NCBI GenBank assembly: GCA_947494925.1
Contig: CANLWS010000008.1
Span: forward strand, 172,394 to 236,393
Length of the DNA stretch: 64,000 nucleotides
Source of the DNA: an uncultured Alteromonadaceae bacterium
GTDB taxonomy: Bacteria; Pseudomonadota; Gammaproteobacteria; Enterobacterales; Alteromonadaceae
Direction: 5' to 3'
Positions 10,508 through 20,678 of this stretch are shown here, one piece after another (position 1 is the stretch's first letter; every line of letters starts with the position of its first letter). Below the pieces are notes generated by a model. It saw only the letters and a program-made list of their open reading frames with translations. It was not told where the DNA came from and made no database searches. A program made the translations under genes and the position numbers.

Positions 10508-11266
10508 TTAAACGCTGCCTTTCGAGTCTCGTTGTTGACGCTTTTTAAAGCGTTTCTTCATCATTTTTTCAGCTTTTGCCTGCTGATCCTCTGTAAGCAA
10601 GTTCCAAACCTGATGCCGGGCTTGAGCACGAAGAACTCCGTTTTGAACCATCTGAACCTGTTGTTGTTCGAACAGCGCTTGCCATGCTTCCTGGTCAAAC
10701 TCTTCTGCTTTAATGAGTTCTGCCTGAGCTGCTTTGAATACGCTTCGCTGAGCCTTAGCTGCTTCTCTTTGCACGAGATTCTCAGCCATGATTTGGTTGA
10801 TTTGTGTTTGTTGCTCTTCAGTTAAGTCAAGCTTGGCCAATCTCCTTGCGATGCGGTCTTTTGGATCTCTTACCTCTCGCTCACTTAATTGTTGTTCAAA
10901 TTCGTTTTTCTGTTCGTCTGATAGCAGTTGCCACACCTGATGCCGGCGCTGAGCGCGTTCTAAAGCAAGTTCTGCACGTAAGTCACTGCGCCCTTGCAAA
11001 AGTGCTTTAACTGCGTCTGAGTCAAAAGAATCGCTTTGAACCTGGGCGCGCAATTGTTGACCAAAGTCACGGAAGTCTGCTTTAAATACTGAACGGTCCT
11101 GACGCCCATCTTGCAATATTTGTTGAATATCCTGACGTTGCTCGGTAGACAAATCCAACTGTTTGAGGATTTTCCTCATTCCGTCTCGATCTGATTTGCC
11201 TGGCCCTGCAATGACAGTCGCAGAGAGAATTGCTGAAATACTTAGTACCAATACTTTTTTAAACAT
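10508..11266 (-). CDS. cpxP: CpxP/Spy-family periplasmic LTXXQ-motif protein with a duplicated module (about 250 aa mature-plus-signal, against about 166 aa for E. coli CpxP). The start is trimmed to MFKKVLVLSIS…
   Basis: Signal peptide, three LTXXQ-type motifs (LSTEQRQDI, LTEEQQTQI, LTEDQQAKA) and a highly charged helical sequence. It sits divergent to the cpxRA-like genes exactly as in E. coli. GGAGAA RBS present. Confidence 0.7.
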   Translation of the reverse strand: MFKKVLVLSISAILSATVIAGPGKSDRDGMRKILKQLDLSTEQRQDIQQILQDGRQDRSVFKADFRDFGQQLRAQVQSDSFDSDAVKALLQGRSDLRAELALERAQRRHQVWQLLSDEQKNEFEQQLSEREVRDPKDRIARRLAKLDLTEEQQTQINQIMAENLVQREAAKAQRSVFKAAQAELIKAEEFDQEAWQALFEQQQVQMVQNGVLRAQARHQVWNLLTEDQQAKAEKMMKKRFKKRQQRDSKGSV

Positions 11267-11431
11267 AAGATGGTTCTCCAGTCGGTTTTTAACGTTGAGT
11301 TGATTTAAATAGTAGCGTTTGCAATGCAAAGAAACGTCTAGGCAATGTAAAGCTTGTGTAAATTTGCCTTATTAAGGCTACGTGAGATGCATTTGAGTGA
11401 TTAAAATAGAGAACAGTGAATGGAGGATATA

Positions 11432-12127
11432 ATGAGCAAAAAGTCACTGTTGTTGATTGATGACGATAAGGATTTAACCGACTTGTTGGAAGAATACTTA
11501 AGCGCTCAAGGTTATGAAATTCTTGTGGCACATGATGGTGAGTCAGGTCTGGCGATGGCAACAGGTGCTCAACATTTAGATCTGATATTGCTTGATGTCA
11601 TGCTGCCCAAAATGGATGGCTTCGAAGTCTTAAAGAAACTGCGTGTAAGCCACTTAACGCCTGTATTGATGCTGACGGCGAAAGGCGACGACTTCGACCG
11701 CATATTCGGGCTTGAAATGGGGGCGGATGACTACCTGGCTAAGCCATTTAATCATCGGGAGTTGTCTGCAAGAATTAAAGCTATTGTCAGGCGTATGGAT
11801 TATTTACCTAGCGCCGGACAACAACAGGAACTGGTATTGGATGACGTCAGTTTAAATCCATCCAATCAACAAGTTGTCTGCGCCGGAAACACTTTGGAGC
11901 TGACAGCAACTGAGTTTTTGGTATTGCAGTTGTTAATGATTAATAAGACCAAAATTGTCAGTAAGCAGGATATCAGTGAAAAAATTCTGGGCCGAAAATT
12001 GATGGCGTTTGATCGCAGTATTGATATGCATGTCAGCAACTTACGCAGGAAACTGGCGAATTTCTCATCTACAGAGAAAATTAAAACCGTTAGAGGGTCT
12101 GGTTACATGTATCTGGTGCAAGCTTGA
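11432..12127 (+). CDS. cpxR: OmpR-family response regulator, CpxR-like. The start is placed at MSKKSLLLIDDD, which has a GGAGGA RBS.
   Basis: The receiver domain closely resembles E. coli CpxR (LDVMLPKMDGFEVLKKLR…LTAKGDDFDRIFGLEMGADDYLAKPFNHRELSARIKAIVRR), and there is a winged-helix C-terminus. Confidence 0.85.
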   Translation: MSKKSLLLIDDDKDLTDLLEEYLSAQGYEILVAHDGESGLAMATGAQHLDLILLDVMLPKMDGFEVLKKLRVSHLTPVLMLTAKGDDFDRIFGLEMGADDYLAKPFNHRELSARIKAIVRRMDYLPSAGQQQELVLDDVSLNPSNQQVVCAGNTLELTATEFLVLQLLMINKTKIVSKQDISEKILGRKLMAFDRSIDMHVSNLRRKLANFSSTEKIKTVRGSGYMYLVQA

Positions 12128-13521
12128 GATTACTAAAAAAATTAAATCCGATAAATAGCCTGTTTGGCAGAATATTCCTGTGGTTCTGGTTGGCCACTTT
12201 CCTCATGATTGCGTCTGCATTTTGGATGGCAAAACAGTTGAGCGATGGTTATGAAATCGCACCGTTAACTCAACGGGGAGTCGCCAAACTTGAAGCTTCG
12301 GCTGAACGGATAAGTCGGGCATTAAGTCGTCATGGTGCTGACAACCTACCTCAATTGCTAGAAAGATTGGGGCGTAGGAGCAACGCCGCCATGATGCTGG
12401 TTAATATGGACAATAAAAAATTTATTTATGGTTTTCCCAGGCCTCTGCGTCCAGAGAAAGAGCCATTTATGCAACTACTGACCCAAACAAGCCCGCTCAA
12501 AGTCAGGACGCCTATAGGTCCCTTTTTTGGCCCTATCGAATTGATGGTTAATGACCAACCTCACAAATTGTTTGTTGGGGATAAATTACGCCCTGGTTTT
12601 GTTCAGCAAATTCGTCATCGTCACCCAGGTATCTTTATCGCCAGTGCCCTATTCGTTAGCGGACTGCTTTGCGCGCTACTTGCATGGTCTCTGGTCAGCC
12701 CACTTCAGCAGTTACGAAAAGCAGCTAAACAGATGGCTGGCGGAGACTTGGGAGCGCGAGTCGGATCTGCCAGTCAGCGTGGTGACGAAATTGGCCAATT
12801 GGGCGAAGATTTTAATGTGATGGCCACACAGGTTGAATCTGCCGCGCAAAGGCAAAAGCGACTACTGGCAGACATTTCTCATGAATTGCGTTCACCATTG
12901 GCACGTTTACAGGTGGCCATTGGCATTGCAGACCAGGAAGCGTCAGCAACTAATACACCCCTGCATGGACAACTTCCCAGAATCGAAAAAGAAGCTCGGC
13001 AAATTGACAAGATGTTGGAGCAATTGCTCCAATTATCCAAGTTAGAAGGCATACAACAAGTTCCTGAAAAACAGAGCTTTGATTTCCAGGAGCTGATACA
13101 TGGACTCGTAGATGATGCGCAGTATGAAGCGAATGCAGCAGGCAAACAGGTTTCACTAGAGTTTGATCAGAAAGTTAGCGTTAGTGGCGACCCGCAGCTT
13201 CTTTCAAGTGCGATTGGAAACGTTTTAAGTAATGCCGTCAAATATTGTTCGACTAAAGTTCAAGTGAAGGTCAGTATTGAAGAGAGTACTATCCGTATCA
13301 ACGTAATGGATGATGGTGAAGGTGTCCCAGAAGATTTACTGAATGAAATTTTCACACCGTTTTACCGTCTGTCCGCATCCAGGACCCGAAAGTCTGGTGG
13401 TGTCGGCTTAGGTCTGGCAATCGCCAAGCAAGCGGTTCTAACGCACAATGGACAGATCAGCGCTGTTAACGACGGGCTAGGTGGTCTTAATGTGACCATT
13501 TTTTTGCCGCTTGAAAGCTAG
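12124..13521 (+). CDS. cpxA: Sensor histidine kinase, CpxA-like. It apparently uses a TTG start that overlaps the cpxR stop.
   Basis: Two TM segments flank a periplasmic domain, followed by a HAMP domain, the H-box LLADISHELRSPLARLQ and N/G boxes (GGVGLGLAIAK). At 465 aa it is similar in length to CpxA (457 aa). Confidence 0.8.
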   Translation: MRLLKKLNPINSLFGRIFLWFWLATFLMIASAFWMAKQLSDGYEIAPLTQRGVAKLEASAERISRALSRHGADNLPQLLERLGRRSNAAMMLVNMDNKKFIYGFPRPLRPEKEPFMQLLTQTSPLKVRTPIGPFFGPIELMVNDQPHKLFVGDKLRPGFVQQIRHRHPGIFIASALFVSGLLCALLAWSLVSPLQQLRKAAKQMAGGDLGARVGSASQRGDEIGQLGEDFNVMATQVESAAQRQKRLLADISHELRSPLARLQVAIGIADQEASATNTPLHGQLPRIEKEARQIDKMLEQLLQLSKLEGIQQVPEKQSFDFQELIHGLVDDAQYEANAAGKQVSLEFDQKVSVSGDPQLLSSAIGNVLSNAVKYCSTKVQVKVSIEESTIRINVMDDGEGVPEDLLNEIFTPFYRLSASRTRKSGGVGLGLAIAKQAVLTHNGQISAVNDGLGGLNVTIFLPLES

Positions 13522-13562
13522 ACCAACGGGCGCTGAAAAAGATTTATACAGGTTTTATTGGC

Positions 13563-14570
13563 ATGACAACTTTGACGTTAGAAACAGAATTAGATGCGAT
13601 CAAGAAAGATGATGTAATTATGCAACGACACAAAAATTACATTGAACCTTTCTGGAAGAGTCGTGTGAGCCAAGGCGTATTTGGCGGGAAAGATGGCGTC
13701 GAAATTTGTTATGCATTTGCTATCAACGCATCAGCAACCGGCAGTATCGTGATAAGCAGCGGCAGGATAGAATCCTTCATTAAGTACAAAGAACTGGTCT
13801 ACAACCTTTATCATGCCGGGTTTTCAGTGTTTATACATGATCATAGAGGGCAGGGGTTATCTGGACGCATGACACCAAATGTACAACAAGGATTTGTGCG
13901 TGACTTTGATGATTACGTGAGTGATTTAAAATTATTTTATGACAAAGTAGTTGCACCTAAAAGCGAACATGTCCCGATGTTGCTTTGCCATTCTATGGGA
14001 TCAGCAATTGGCGCTCTATACGCCATGAAGCACCCCAATGATTTTGGTCGAATTGCTTTTTCCGCTCCTATGTTTGGGATCAAACCTGCCTTACCAGATT
14101 GGTTTGCTTGCTGTCTGGTTAAATTCCATTTGGCGATTAACCTTTTTTTCAGTAAACGTCCCTGGTATTTCTTCGGCCAAAACAACTATATTGAAGAAGC
14201 ATTTCAAAATAATCGGCTGACCCATTGCGAGACGCGCTATCAGATATTCAGAGAAGCCTATGAATCTCATCCCGAAGCTAAATTGGGTGGTGTAACCGGA
14301 CGCTGGTTAATGGCCGCTCATGAAGCGATGATGGACATAAGAGCAAATGCTGAATCTTTTCCGATCCCGGCTCTCATATTACAGGCGGGGCAAGATGCGA
14401 TAGTGGACAACACTCGTCAAAATGAAGTCGCCAACAAAATTAATGATTGCGAATTTCTTAGAATTCCGGGAGCCAGGCATGAAATACTGATGGAATCCGA
14501 TGAATATCGAGATATTGCATTACGCGCTGTATTGAACTTTTTTAGTGACGCTGACCAAAACAATTCCTAA
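13563..14570 (+). CDS. pldB: Lysophospholipase L2 (alpha/beta hydrolase)
   Basis: 335 aa with the GHSMG lipase nucleophile elbow (LLCHSMGSAIG), HDHRGQG, and a PldB-like length. Confidence 0.7.
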   Translation: MTTLTLETELDAIKKDDVIMQRHKNYIEPFWKSRVSQGVFGGKDGVEICYAFAINASATGSIVISSGRIESFIKYKELVYNLYHAGFSVFIHDHRGQGLSGRMTPNVQQGFVRDFDDYVSDLKLFYDKVVAPKSEHVPMLLCHSMGSAIGALYAMKHPNDFGRIAFSAPMFGIKPALPDWFACCLVKFHLAINLFFSKRPWYFFGQNNYIEEAFQNNRLTHCETRYQIFREAYESHPEAKLGGVTGRWLMAAHEAMMDIRANAESFPIPALILQAGQDAIVDNTRQNEVANKINDCEFLRIPGARHEILMESDEYRDIALRAVLNFFSDADQNNS

Positions 14571-14740
14571 TTAACCTGAAGTTTGGATAAGAAATGTCGA
14601 CATCTCCAAATTTACTAATACTCCAAAACTTTAAGCTCATATAATTTTACATACTCTGCTTGTATCAGGGAAAATAGCGCTGATTATCTAAAGCCCGGGT
14701 TAATTGATACCGGTGCCTTCTGTATTCCCCAAAAGCGACC

Positions 14741-14774
14741 TAACCCCAACTCGCTTATTCTGAGTTGGGGTTAA
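14741..14774. repeat. Palindromic intergenic element (terminator-like) between pldB and the MCP gene. It is a member of the AACCCCAACTCG family.
   Basis: TAACCCCAACTC-(9 nt)-GAGTTGGGGTTA, a 12-bp perfect inverted repeat. Confidence 0.6.
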
Positions 14775-14782
14775 CCTGTGCT

Positions 14783-16477
14783 CTATGTTTGAAAGACGTT
14801 CAAACTCGTATGCAAATCAACCAGGCTTCTTGCAATCCGCTGATTGGCCTGTTCGGTTTTTTTCGCCCCTGCAGTAGTTTCTTCTGCCACTTCTTTGATA
14901 CGGGTGAGATTGCGGTTAATTTCTTCAGCAACCATTGATTGTTGTTCGGCTGCCGCGGCAATTTGTATATTCAAGCTTGAAATTTGACCAACAGAAGCAG
15001 CTGCTTTTTCAAATGTTTGGGCAGTGGAGGTGGCCTTTGCCAAACATAATTGAGCACTTTCACTGCCTTTTTCCATACTGCTTACGGCATTGTTAGCCTC
15101 ATTTTGTAACCGGCCAACTAAGTCCTGAATATCCACTGTGGACGTTTGAGTGCGCTGAGCCAGAGATCTGACTTCATCAGCAACTACAGCAAATCCTCGA
15201 CCACTTTCTCCCGCTCTGGCAGCCTCAATTGCAGCGTTTAGTGCCAGTAGATTAGTCTGTTCTGCAATGCCCTGGATATTATCAAGAACGCTGCCTATTT
15301 TGTTCGTTTCTGATACCAATGCCTGAATAACGGAAGATGCAACGCCTACTTCTTCTGTAAGTTGTGTGATGATCGCTTGTGTTTCGAGGGCTTCTTTTCG
15401 ACCACTGACGACATTATCACTGACATTCTCAGTTACTTCTGCAGCTGAATTCGCGTTGTTGGCAACCTCTTGTGTGGTGGCACTCATCTGATTGACGGCT
15501 GTCGCAACCTGTTCGGTCTCACAGCGTTGTTGCTCAACATCGCGCAGCGTGCGTTGCATAACGTCTAATGCAACCTCTGCTGACTCTCCCAGCGTATCAG
15601 CTTGATTGCTTGTGCCCGAAATCAATTTCCGTAGTTTATCCATAAAATGATTGAATGCCCTAGCTACATCCCCTGTTTCATCGTGAGCGTTGTCAGGTAA
15701 GGTCACTGTCAGGTCTCCATCACCATCAGCAATTTGAATCAATCTTTTTTCGAGGTCAATAACAGGTGCACTAATAGCGCGCGCGATAAAAAACGGTGCG
15801 GTTATACCAAATAATACAGCAATAACAAACACGACTGTCATCCACACAATCGCTGTTTGTTCATCATGTTCTGCCTGTAGAGTGCTTTTAAGCGTAAAGT
15901 TTGCAACTTTGACCGATAAAGCTATCAGCTCTTCTTCCAATACATGTTCTATTCTTTCAATCTCAGTGCTTAAACTAATAAGTGCTTCCAGCTGGTTGTT
16001 TCGAATGAATCCGATTGTCGACTGAATGTGCCCGCCAAGTTCAAGATAGTGTCCTTCGATTTTAGTCAGCTCCGCCAAGACAGCTCTAAACTCATCTTCT
16101 GCCTCTTTAGAATGAAGTTCAGACATTGAGGCTTGGACAAAATTTTCTGCCTCTTTGATTTCTTTGAGAATCTTTTTGTCAAATTCTGTCAGCTTTTGTA
16201 CCAACTGATTAATCTTCTGCTGGGCATTCGAATGTCCAGCGTTCAGCCTGGCAGATTGAAACAGTAAGGTTTGAAATGCGATTGTTTGCTCTAATTGATG
16301 TTCGGTAAGCAGGTTTATTGCATTTGAAAGTGGAATATCTTTTTCGGCTATATCTACCAGCTCCGCACCTATTTTATCCATCTGGCCAAGAGAAACCGCG
16401 CCCATAAGCAACATGAATAACAACTGGAGTATGGCCAGAAAATAAACTTTTTGAGAAATTTTTAATTTTTGCAGCAT
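14783..16477 (-). CDS. Methyl-accepting chemotaxis protein
   Basis: An N-terminal TM segment, a ligand-binding region, a second TM plus HAMP domain, and the highly conserved MCP signalling domain (…[34 protein letters not shown]…). Confidence 0.9.
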   Translation of the reverse strand: MLQKLKISQKVYFLAILQLLFMLLMGAVSLGQMDKIGAELVDIAEKDIPLSNAINLLTEHQLEQTIAFQTLLFQSARLNAGHSNAQQKINQLVQKLTEFDKKILKEIKEAENFVQASMSELHSKEAEDEFRAVLAELTKIEGHYLELGGHIQSTIGFIRNNQLEALISLSTEIERIEHVLEEELIALSVKVANFTLKSTLQAEHDEQTAIVWMTVVFVIAVLFGITAPFFIARAISAPVIDLEKRLIQIADGDGDLTVTLPDNAHDETGDVARAFNHFMDKLRKLISGTSNQADTLGESAEVALDVMQRTLRDVEQQRCETEQVATAVNQMSATTQEVANNANSAAEVTENVSDNVVSGRKEALETQAIITQLTEEVGVASSVIQALVSETNKIGSVLDNIQGIAEQTNLLALNAAIEAARAGESGRGFAVVADEVRSLAQRTQTSTVDIQDLVGRLQNEANNAVSSMEKGSESAQLCLAKATSTAQTFEKAAASVGQISSLNIQIAAAAEQQSMVAEEINRNLTRIKEVAEETTAGAKKTEQANQRIARSLVDLHTSLNVFQT

Positions 16478-16914
16478 TAACTTTTCTCCGGTTCACGTAA
16501 TTTAGACTTAAAGTAAGTCAACATATCCAGCGCAAAACCTTTGTGAGTCAGCAGATGATCGTCTTTGCTGTCTGTTTCAAGAAATTCTGAATACCCGTTT
16601 AACTCGCTCGCCGAAATATTACCTATATTGCGGAAAGCCATTTTCCAGTCTGGAAAGCCCCTGCTGGTTATCTTGTTTCGCCACAAAACGTTCACCCGGC
16701 TATGGCGGTCATCACGTTTGATTTTTTCGAATAAGGGCTCTACATCTTCACTGTCTCCTTCAAGAGCTTGCATAAAAGTGCCTTGGCCGTCATACAAAAG
16801 TATGCCTGTGATGTCTTTATCGGCATTATTCTTTCGGGCAACAGCCAGCATTTCTGCCAACTGAGGTTCCTGGAATCTACTTTCTGCCCTGCTCACATAA
16901 ATTAATTCGATCAT
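16477..16914 (-). CDS. Short BLUF-domain (blue-light FAD) photoreceptor
   Basis: 145 aa with BLUF signature residues: Y in LIYVSRA, ITGILLY, Q in [11 protein letters not shown], and W in FPDWKMAF. Its stop overlaps the MCP start (TAATG). Confidence 0.75.
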   Translation of the reverse strand: MIELIYVSRAESRFQEPQLAEMLAVARKNNADKDITGILLYDGQGTFMQALEGDSEDVEPLFEKIKRDDRHSRVNVLWRNKITSRGFPDWKMAFRNIGNISASELNGYSEFLETDSKDDHLLTHKGFALDMLTYFKSKLREPEKS

Positions 16915-16967
16915 TAAAGCTCCCCACCATTTGAAAAGTGAACGCTAAGAATGGACTAACATTAGTG

Positions 16968-17432
16968 TTAGAAGGGTCTGACAAAGGCCACGCCGAGTAC
17001 CCAAGCTTCTTCACCATCGATAAAGTCAACGGCTAAAGTGGGTTCAATATTGAAGTCTCCAAGGTGATAATCGTAATTTATGCTGAGACGGTACAGATCC
17101 TCAGTGTGAGGGTGGTCACCGCCAATTTTCTCTTCGCCAAATCCGACACCAATTCTGAGGTAACTGAAGGGGTGGTAGTAGAGTGCCGCTAGTTTGACGG
17201 TAACCCCATCACCATGATGCGCATCGTCGGTTTTTTCATACACTGCGCCTACCCCCCACTGGGGCTTAAACTTGTATTCATACTCGATACCATAGGTAAA
17301 CTCAGTATCACTTTCTGCATGTGTAGCCCCCAGAAAAATACCCGGGAAATGTTTGGCGTCGCCAGCAGCGTAAAGGTTTAGCGGTAGAAGTGTAACGAAT
17401 AAAATGCACAGTAATTTAGAAACTTTAGACAT
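16968..17432 (-). CDS. Small outer-membrane beta-barrel protein of uncertain family. The start is trimmed to MSKVSKLL…
   Basis: A signal peptide is followed by alternating aromatic/hydrophobic beta-strand patterns and a C-terminal …AFVRPF (terminal Phe). An AGGA RBS precedes the trimmed start. Confidence 0.5.
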   Translation of the reverse strand: MSKVSKLLCILFVTLLPLNLYAAGDAKHFPGIFLGATHAESDTEFTYGIEYEYKFKPQWGVGAVYEKTDDAHHGDGVTVKLAALYYHPFSYLRIGVGFGEEKIGGDHPHTEDLYRLSINYDYHLGDFNIEPTLAVDFIDGEEAWVLGVAFVRPF

Positions 17433-17684
17433 AGCAATCCTAGGTTTTTTATATAAGGGAACGGCCAATCAACGAACGCGAATGATCCTAACCCATTGTT
17501 ATTAATCAATATCAGTATCGCTCATTATTACGTAAGAGCAATGTTCGCAGAGTAATTTATTAGCCAAATAGGTGAAAAAGTAGACTAAAGTTGAATACCA
17601 GTGAGGAGCGAACAGCTTGTTTTGTCCAAATGGGGAGAGCTTTTTGCTATTATCCGGGTAGCTTTTTACTACGATGAATGTTTG

Positions 17685-18149
17685 ATGTTAGATATCGTTT
17701 TATACCAACCAGAAATACCGCCTAATACTGGCAATATAATCCGACTATGCGCCAACAGTGGTTTCGGTTTGCACCTGATAGAACCACTTGGTTTTGATTG
17801 GGACGACAAGAAAGTCAGGCGAGCGGGACTGGATTATCATGAATTTGCAGAAGTGATTCGTCACCCCTCGCTGCAGGCTTATCTGGATAGCCGCAATCCG
17901 AAAAGAGTGTTCGCCTGTACGACTAAAGGCAAAGCATTTCACGCTGAGGTCAATTACGAAGCTGGCGATGCTTTACTATTCGGTCCTGAAACGCGCGGAC
18001 TACCTAACGAAGTAATTGAGTCATTACCTGCTGAGCAGCGCGTCAGAATACCGATGTTACCCGATAGTCGAAGTATGAATTTATCCAATGCTGTGTCGGT
18101 TTTCGTTTACGAGGCCTGGCGACAGCTTGGTTTTAAAGGTGCAGTCTGA
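17685..18149 (+). CDS. trmL: tRNA (cytidine34/5-carboxymethylaminomethyluridine34-2'-O)-methyltransferase (SpoU/TrmL). The start is trimmed to [10 protein letters not shown]…
   Basis: Near-identical motifs to E. coli TrmL ([37 protein letters not shown]). Confidence 0.88.
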   Translation: MLDIVLYQPEIPPNTGNIIRLCANSGFGLHLIEPLGFDWDDKKVRRAGLDYHEFAEVIRHPSLQAYLDSRNPKRVFACTTKGKAFHAEVNYEAGDALLFGPETRGLPNEVIESLPAEQRVRIPMLPDSRSMNLSNAVSVFVYEAWRQLGFKGAV

Positions 18150-18183
18150 CCACGAAGATTTCTCGTGCAGAGATACCTGAAGA

Positions 18184-19182
18184 CTACTCGTGTTTCTGCT
18201 CTCGTCCCAGCAAATCTAGAGCGGCTTCTTTGGGCGATTTTTGCTGATAAAGTACCTGATAAATCTGTTCAGAAATAGGCATTTCCACATTCAGTTTTTT
18301 GGCCAGAATGTACACTTCATCGGTATTTCGGTAGCCTTCGACTACCTGTCCTATGCTATCAATGGCTTCCTCAACGGCCAAACCTTTGCCCAAGGCCAAA
18401 CCAAAGCGACGATTGCGCGACTGATTATCGGTACAGGTCAAAATCAGGTCGCCCAGACCAGCCATGCCCATAAAGGTTTCTGGTTTAGCGCCTAGCTTGA
18501 CGCCTAATCGTGTCAACTCGGCCAGACCTCGGGTAATCAGAGCTGTCCTGGCATTTGCACCAAAACCAAGTCCATCAGCCAGACCGGCGCCAATGGCGAT
18601 GACATTTTTCACTGCACCGCCCAGCTGAACACCAATAAAATCATTATTTCTGTATACGCGAAAAGACTTAGCACAGTGCAACTTGTCGGCAAATTCGCTG
18701 GCCAGGGTGTCATCGGTTGATGACAAGGAAATTGCAGTGGGCAAGCCCGCGACCATTTCTTTGGCAAAGGTTGGTCCTGATAAAACGGCCATTGGTCTTT
18801 TACTGCCAACAACTTCTTTAGCGACATCCTGCAACAATCTGCCAGTACCTGGTTCCAACCCCTTGGTTGCCCAAATAACTCTATGTTCACTACTAAGTAA
18901 CGGCGCAATTTGAGCCAACATCTGGTGAAACGCATGACTAGGTGTCACCACCAGAATATCATTGCTCGCCTTGATTGCTGAGGCCAAATCAGACTCTATC
19001 TTAAGGGGATCCGGAAATTTAGCATCAGGCAAATAACGCTGGTTGCAACGATCTTTAGCCATCGCTTCCATTTGCTCTTGGTCTCTTCCCCACAAATAGG
19101 TATCCACCCCATTTCTGGCCAGACAAAAAGCAAGGGCGGTGCCATACGACCCCGCCCCCAATACCGTCACACTATTGTTCAT
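18184..19182 (-). CDS. gpsA: Glycerol-3-phosphate dehydrogenase [NAD(P)+]
   Basis: 332 aa with [12 protein letters not shown] Rossmann motif and the full-length GpsA pattern. The yibN-grxC-secB-gpsA context is conserved. Confidence 0.92.
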   Translation of the reverse strand: MNNSVTVLGAGSYGTALAFCLARNGVDTYLWGRDQEQMEAMAKDRCNQRYLPDAKFPDPLKIESDLASAIKASNDILVVTPSHAFHQMLAQIAPLLSSEHRVIWATKGLEPGTGRLLQDVAKEVVGSKRPMAVLSGPTFAKEMVAGLPTAISLSSTDDTLASEFADKLHCAKSFRVYRNNDFIGVQLGGAVKNVIAIGAGLADGLGFGANARTALITRGLAELTRLGVKLGAKPETFMGMAGLGDLILTCTDNQSRNRRFGLALGKGLAVEEAIDSIGQVVEGYRNTDEVYILAKKLNVEMPISEQIYQVLYQQKSPKEAALDLLGREQKHE

Positions 19183-19188
19183 ATCTGA

Positions 19189-19704
19189 CTATGCGTCCAG
19201 TTTAGGTGCCGCTTCAGTTGCGCCTTCAGCTTGTAGTTGCTCGGCACGCTTTTGCATGTATTGAGCAAATATTGCGTCGAAATTAACAGGCTGGAGATTC
19301 AGTACCGGGAAAGTACCACGGTTAACCAGGTTTGAAATTGTCTCACGTGCATAAGGAAACAACATGTTAGGGCAGAAAGACCCGATAGTGTGTGCTTTGT
19401 TTTGCTCAGGCATTTCGCCTATTGTGAAAATACCGGCTTGCTGAACTTCACACAAAAATGCAGTTTCTTCACCTAGCATCGCAGTCACAGTTACAGCAAG
19501 AACGACTTCATAGGTGTTTTCTTCAATCACATTAGAACGTGTGTCAAGATCCAGCTTTATTTCCGGCTTCCATTCTTTCTTGAAGATGCCTGGTGAATTA
19601 GGGGTCTCAAAAGAAATATCTTTAGTATAAATACGTTGAATTGCGAATTGTGCGTTCTGCGTCTGTGGCGCGCCTGCTGCCGCTGCTTGGTTTTCTTCAG
19701 CCAT
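19189..19704 (-). CDS. secB: Protein-export chaperone SecB
   Basis: 171 aa containing [14 protein letters not shown]… and an acidic C-terminus. Confidence 0.92.
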   Translation of the reverse strand: MAEENQAAAAGAPQTQNAQFAIQRIYTKDISFETPNSPGIFKKEWKPEIKLDLDTRSNVIEENTYEVVLAVTVTAMLGEETAFLCEVQQAGIFTIGEMPEQNKAHTIGSFCPNMLFPYARETISNLVNRGTFPVLNLQPVNFDAIFAQYMQKRAEQLQAEGATEAAPKLDA

Positions 19705-19734
19705 GGTACTTCCTATTTTCTATTTTGTGCCGCC

Positions 19735-19992
19735 TTACGCAGCGAATAATTTGTCCAGCTTATTCTGTGATTCAAGTGCATACATGTCATCACAGCCGCC
19801 AATATGTTGGTTATTTATAAATATTTGAGGAACAGTGAATCCACCATTCGCTCTTTCTATCATGATGTCTCTGAGACCAGGTTGTTCGTCAACTTTAAAC
19901 TCTTGATAGGAAATTCCCTTCTTTTCCAACAATGCCTTGGCACGATGGCAGTAGGGACAATATCCCTTGGTATAAATCTCAACTTTGCTCAT
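19735..19992 (-). CDS. grxC: Glutaredoxin 3
   Basis: 85 aa with the CPYC active site (YTKGYCPYCHRAK) and GGCDD. Confidence 0.92.
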   Translation of the reverse strand: MSKVEIYTKGYCPYCHRAKALLEKKGISYQEFKVDEQPGLRDIMIERANGGFTVPQIFINNQHIGGCDDMYALESQNKLDKLFAA

Positions 19993-20013
19993 AATCTCGT
20001 GACCTGAATCTGC

Positions 20014-20439
20014 TTATTTCGAAACTGGCAAGTTAGCCGCTTGCCACGAATTCATTCCGCCTTTAAGGACGGATACCTTAGTAAAGCCAGCTTTAAGCAT
20101 CTGCGATGCCGTGCGTTTTGCTGTCATTCCCATGGCACAAGCTACAATAATGGGTTTATCTTTACTTTTTTCAAGGGGGCTGAAATCAGCCTGATTAATT
20201 TGTTCAGTCTTGAGCTGTTTAGCGCCCAGGATATGACCTTTTTTGAACTCCGCTGCCGGGCGAATGTCCAGCAAAACCGCGTCTTCCTTATTCATCAAAA
20301 AGGTAGCTTCCTGAGGACTCAGTTGTTTTATGGCAGACAGTGTGCTGCTGGCAAAGCTGTAAACGATTAAAATTACGATCACGATCCATGCGCTGGATAA
20401 TATATAGTGATTACCGACAAATTCGATAAACTGCTCCAT
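20014..20439 (-). CDS. yibN: Rhodanese-domain inner-membrane protein YibN. The start is trimmed to MEQFIEFVGNH…
   Basis: An N-terminal TM segment plus rhodanese domain; collinear with E. coli YibN (MQEIMQFVGRHP…). A GAGGGG RBS precedes the trimmed start. Confidence 0.8.
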   Translation of the reverse strand: MEQFIEFVGNHYILSSAWIVIVILIVYSFASSTLSAIKQLSPQEATFLMNKEDAVLLDIRPAAEFKKGHILGAKQLKTEQINQADFSPLEKSKDKPIIVACAMGMTAKRTASQMLKAGFTKVSVLKGGMNSWQAANLPVSK

Positions 20440-20678
20440 AACTGCATTGCCCCTCTGGCCTGTCAAAAAAAGAGTGCAAAGTATATAGAAATTCAGGTCA
20501 GAAACCAGTCTTATGCGGGTATCAAGGCGCATTTTTGGGAAAATACTATGACGAAATGGTATATCTAATTGGTTATTGATAATTTTTGCTGGATAAATCT
20601 TATAGCGATGTTTTCAGTCAAAGGATAAACTGTAATAAAATTACGAACTCAACCGCATAACTGAATCTGGAGCTCTGC

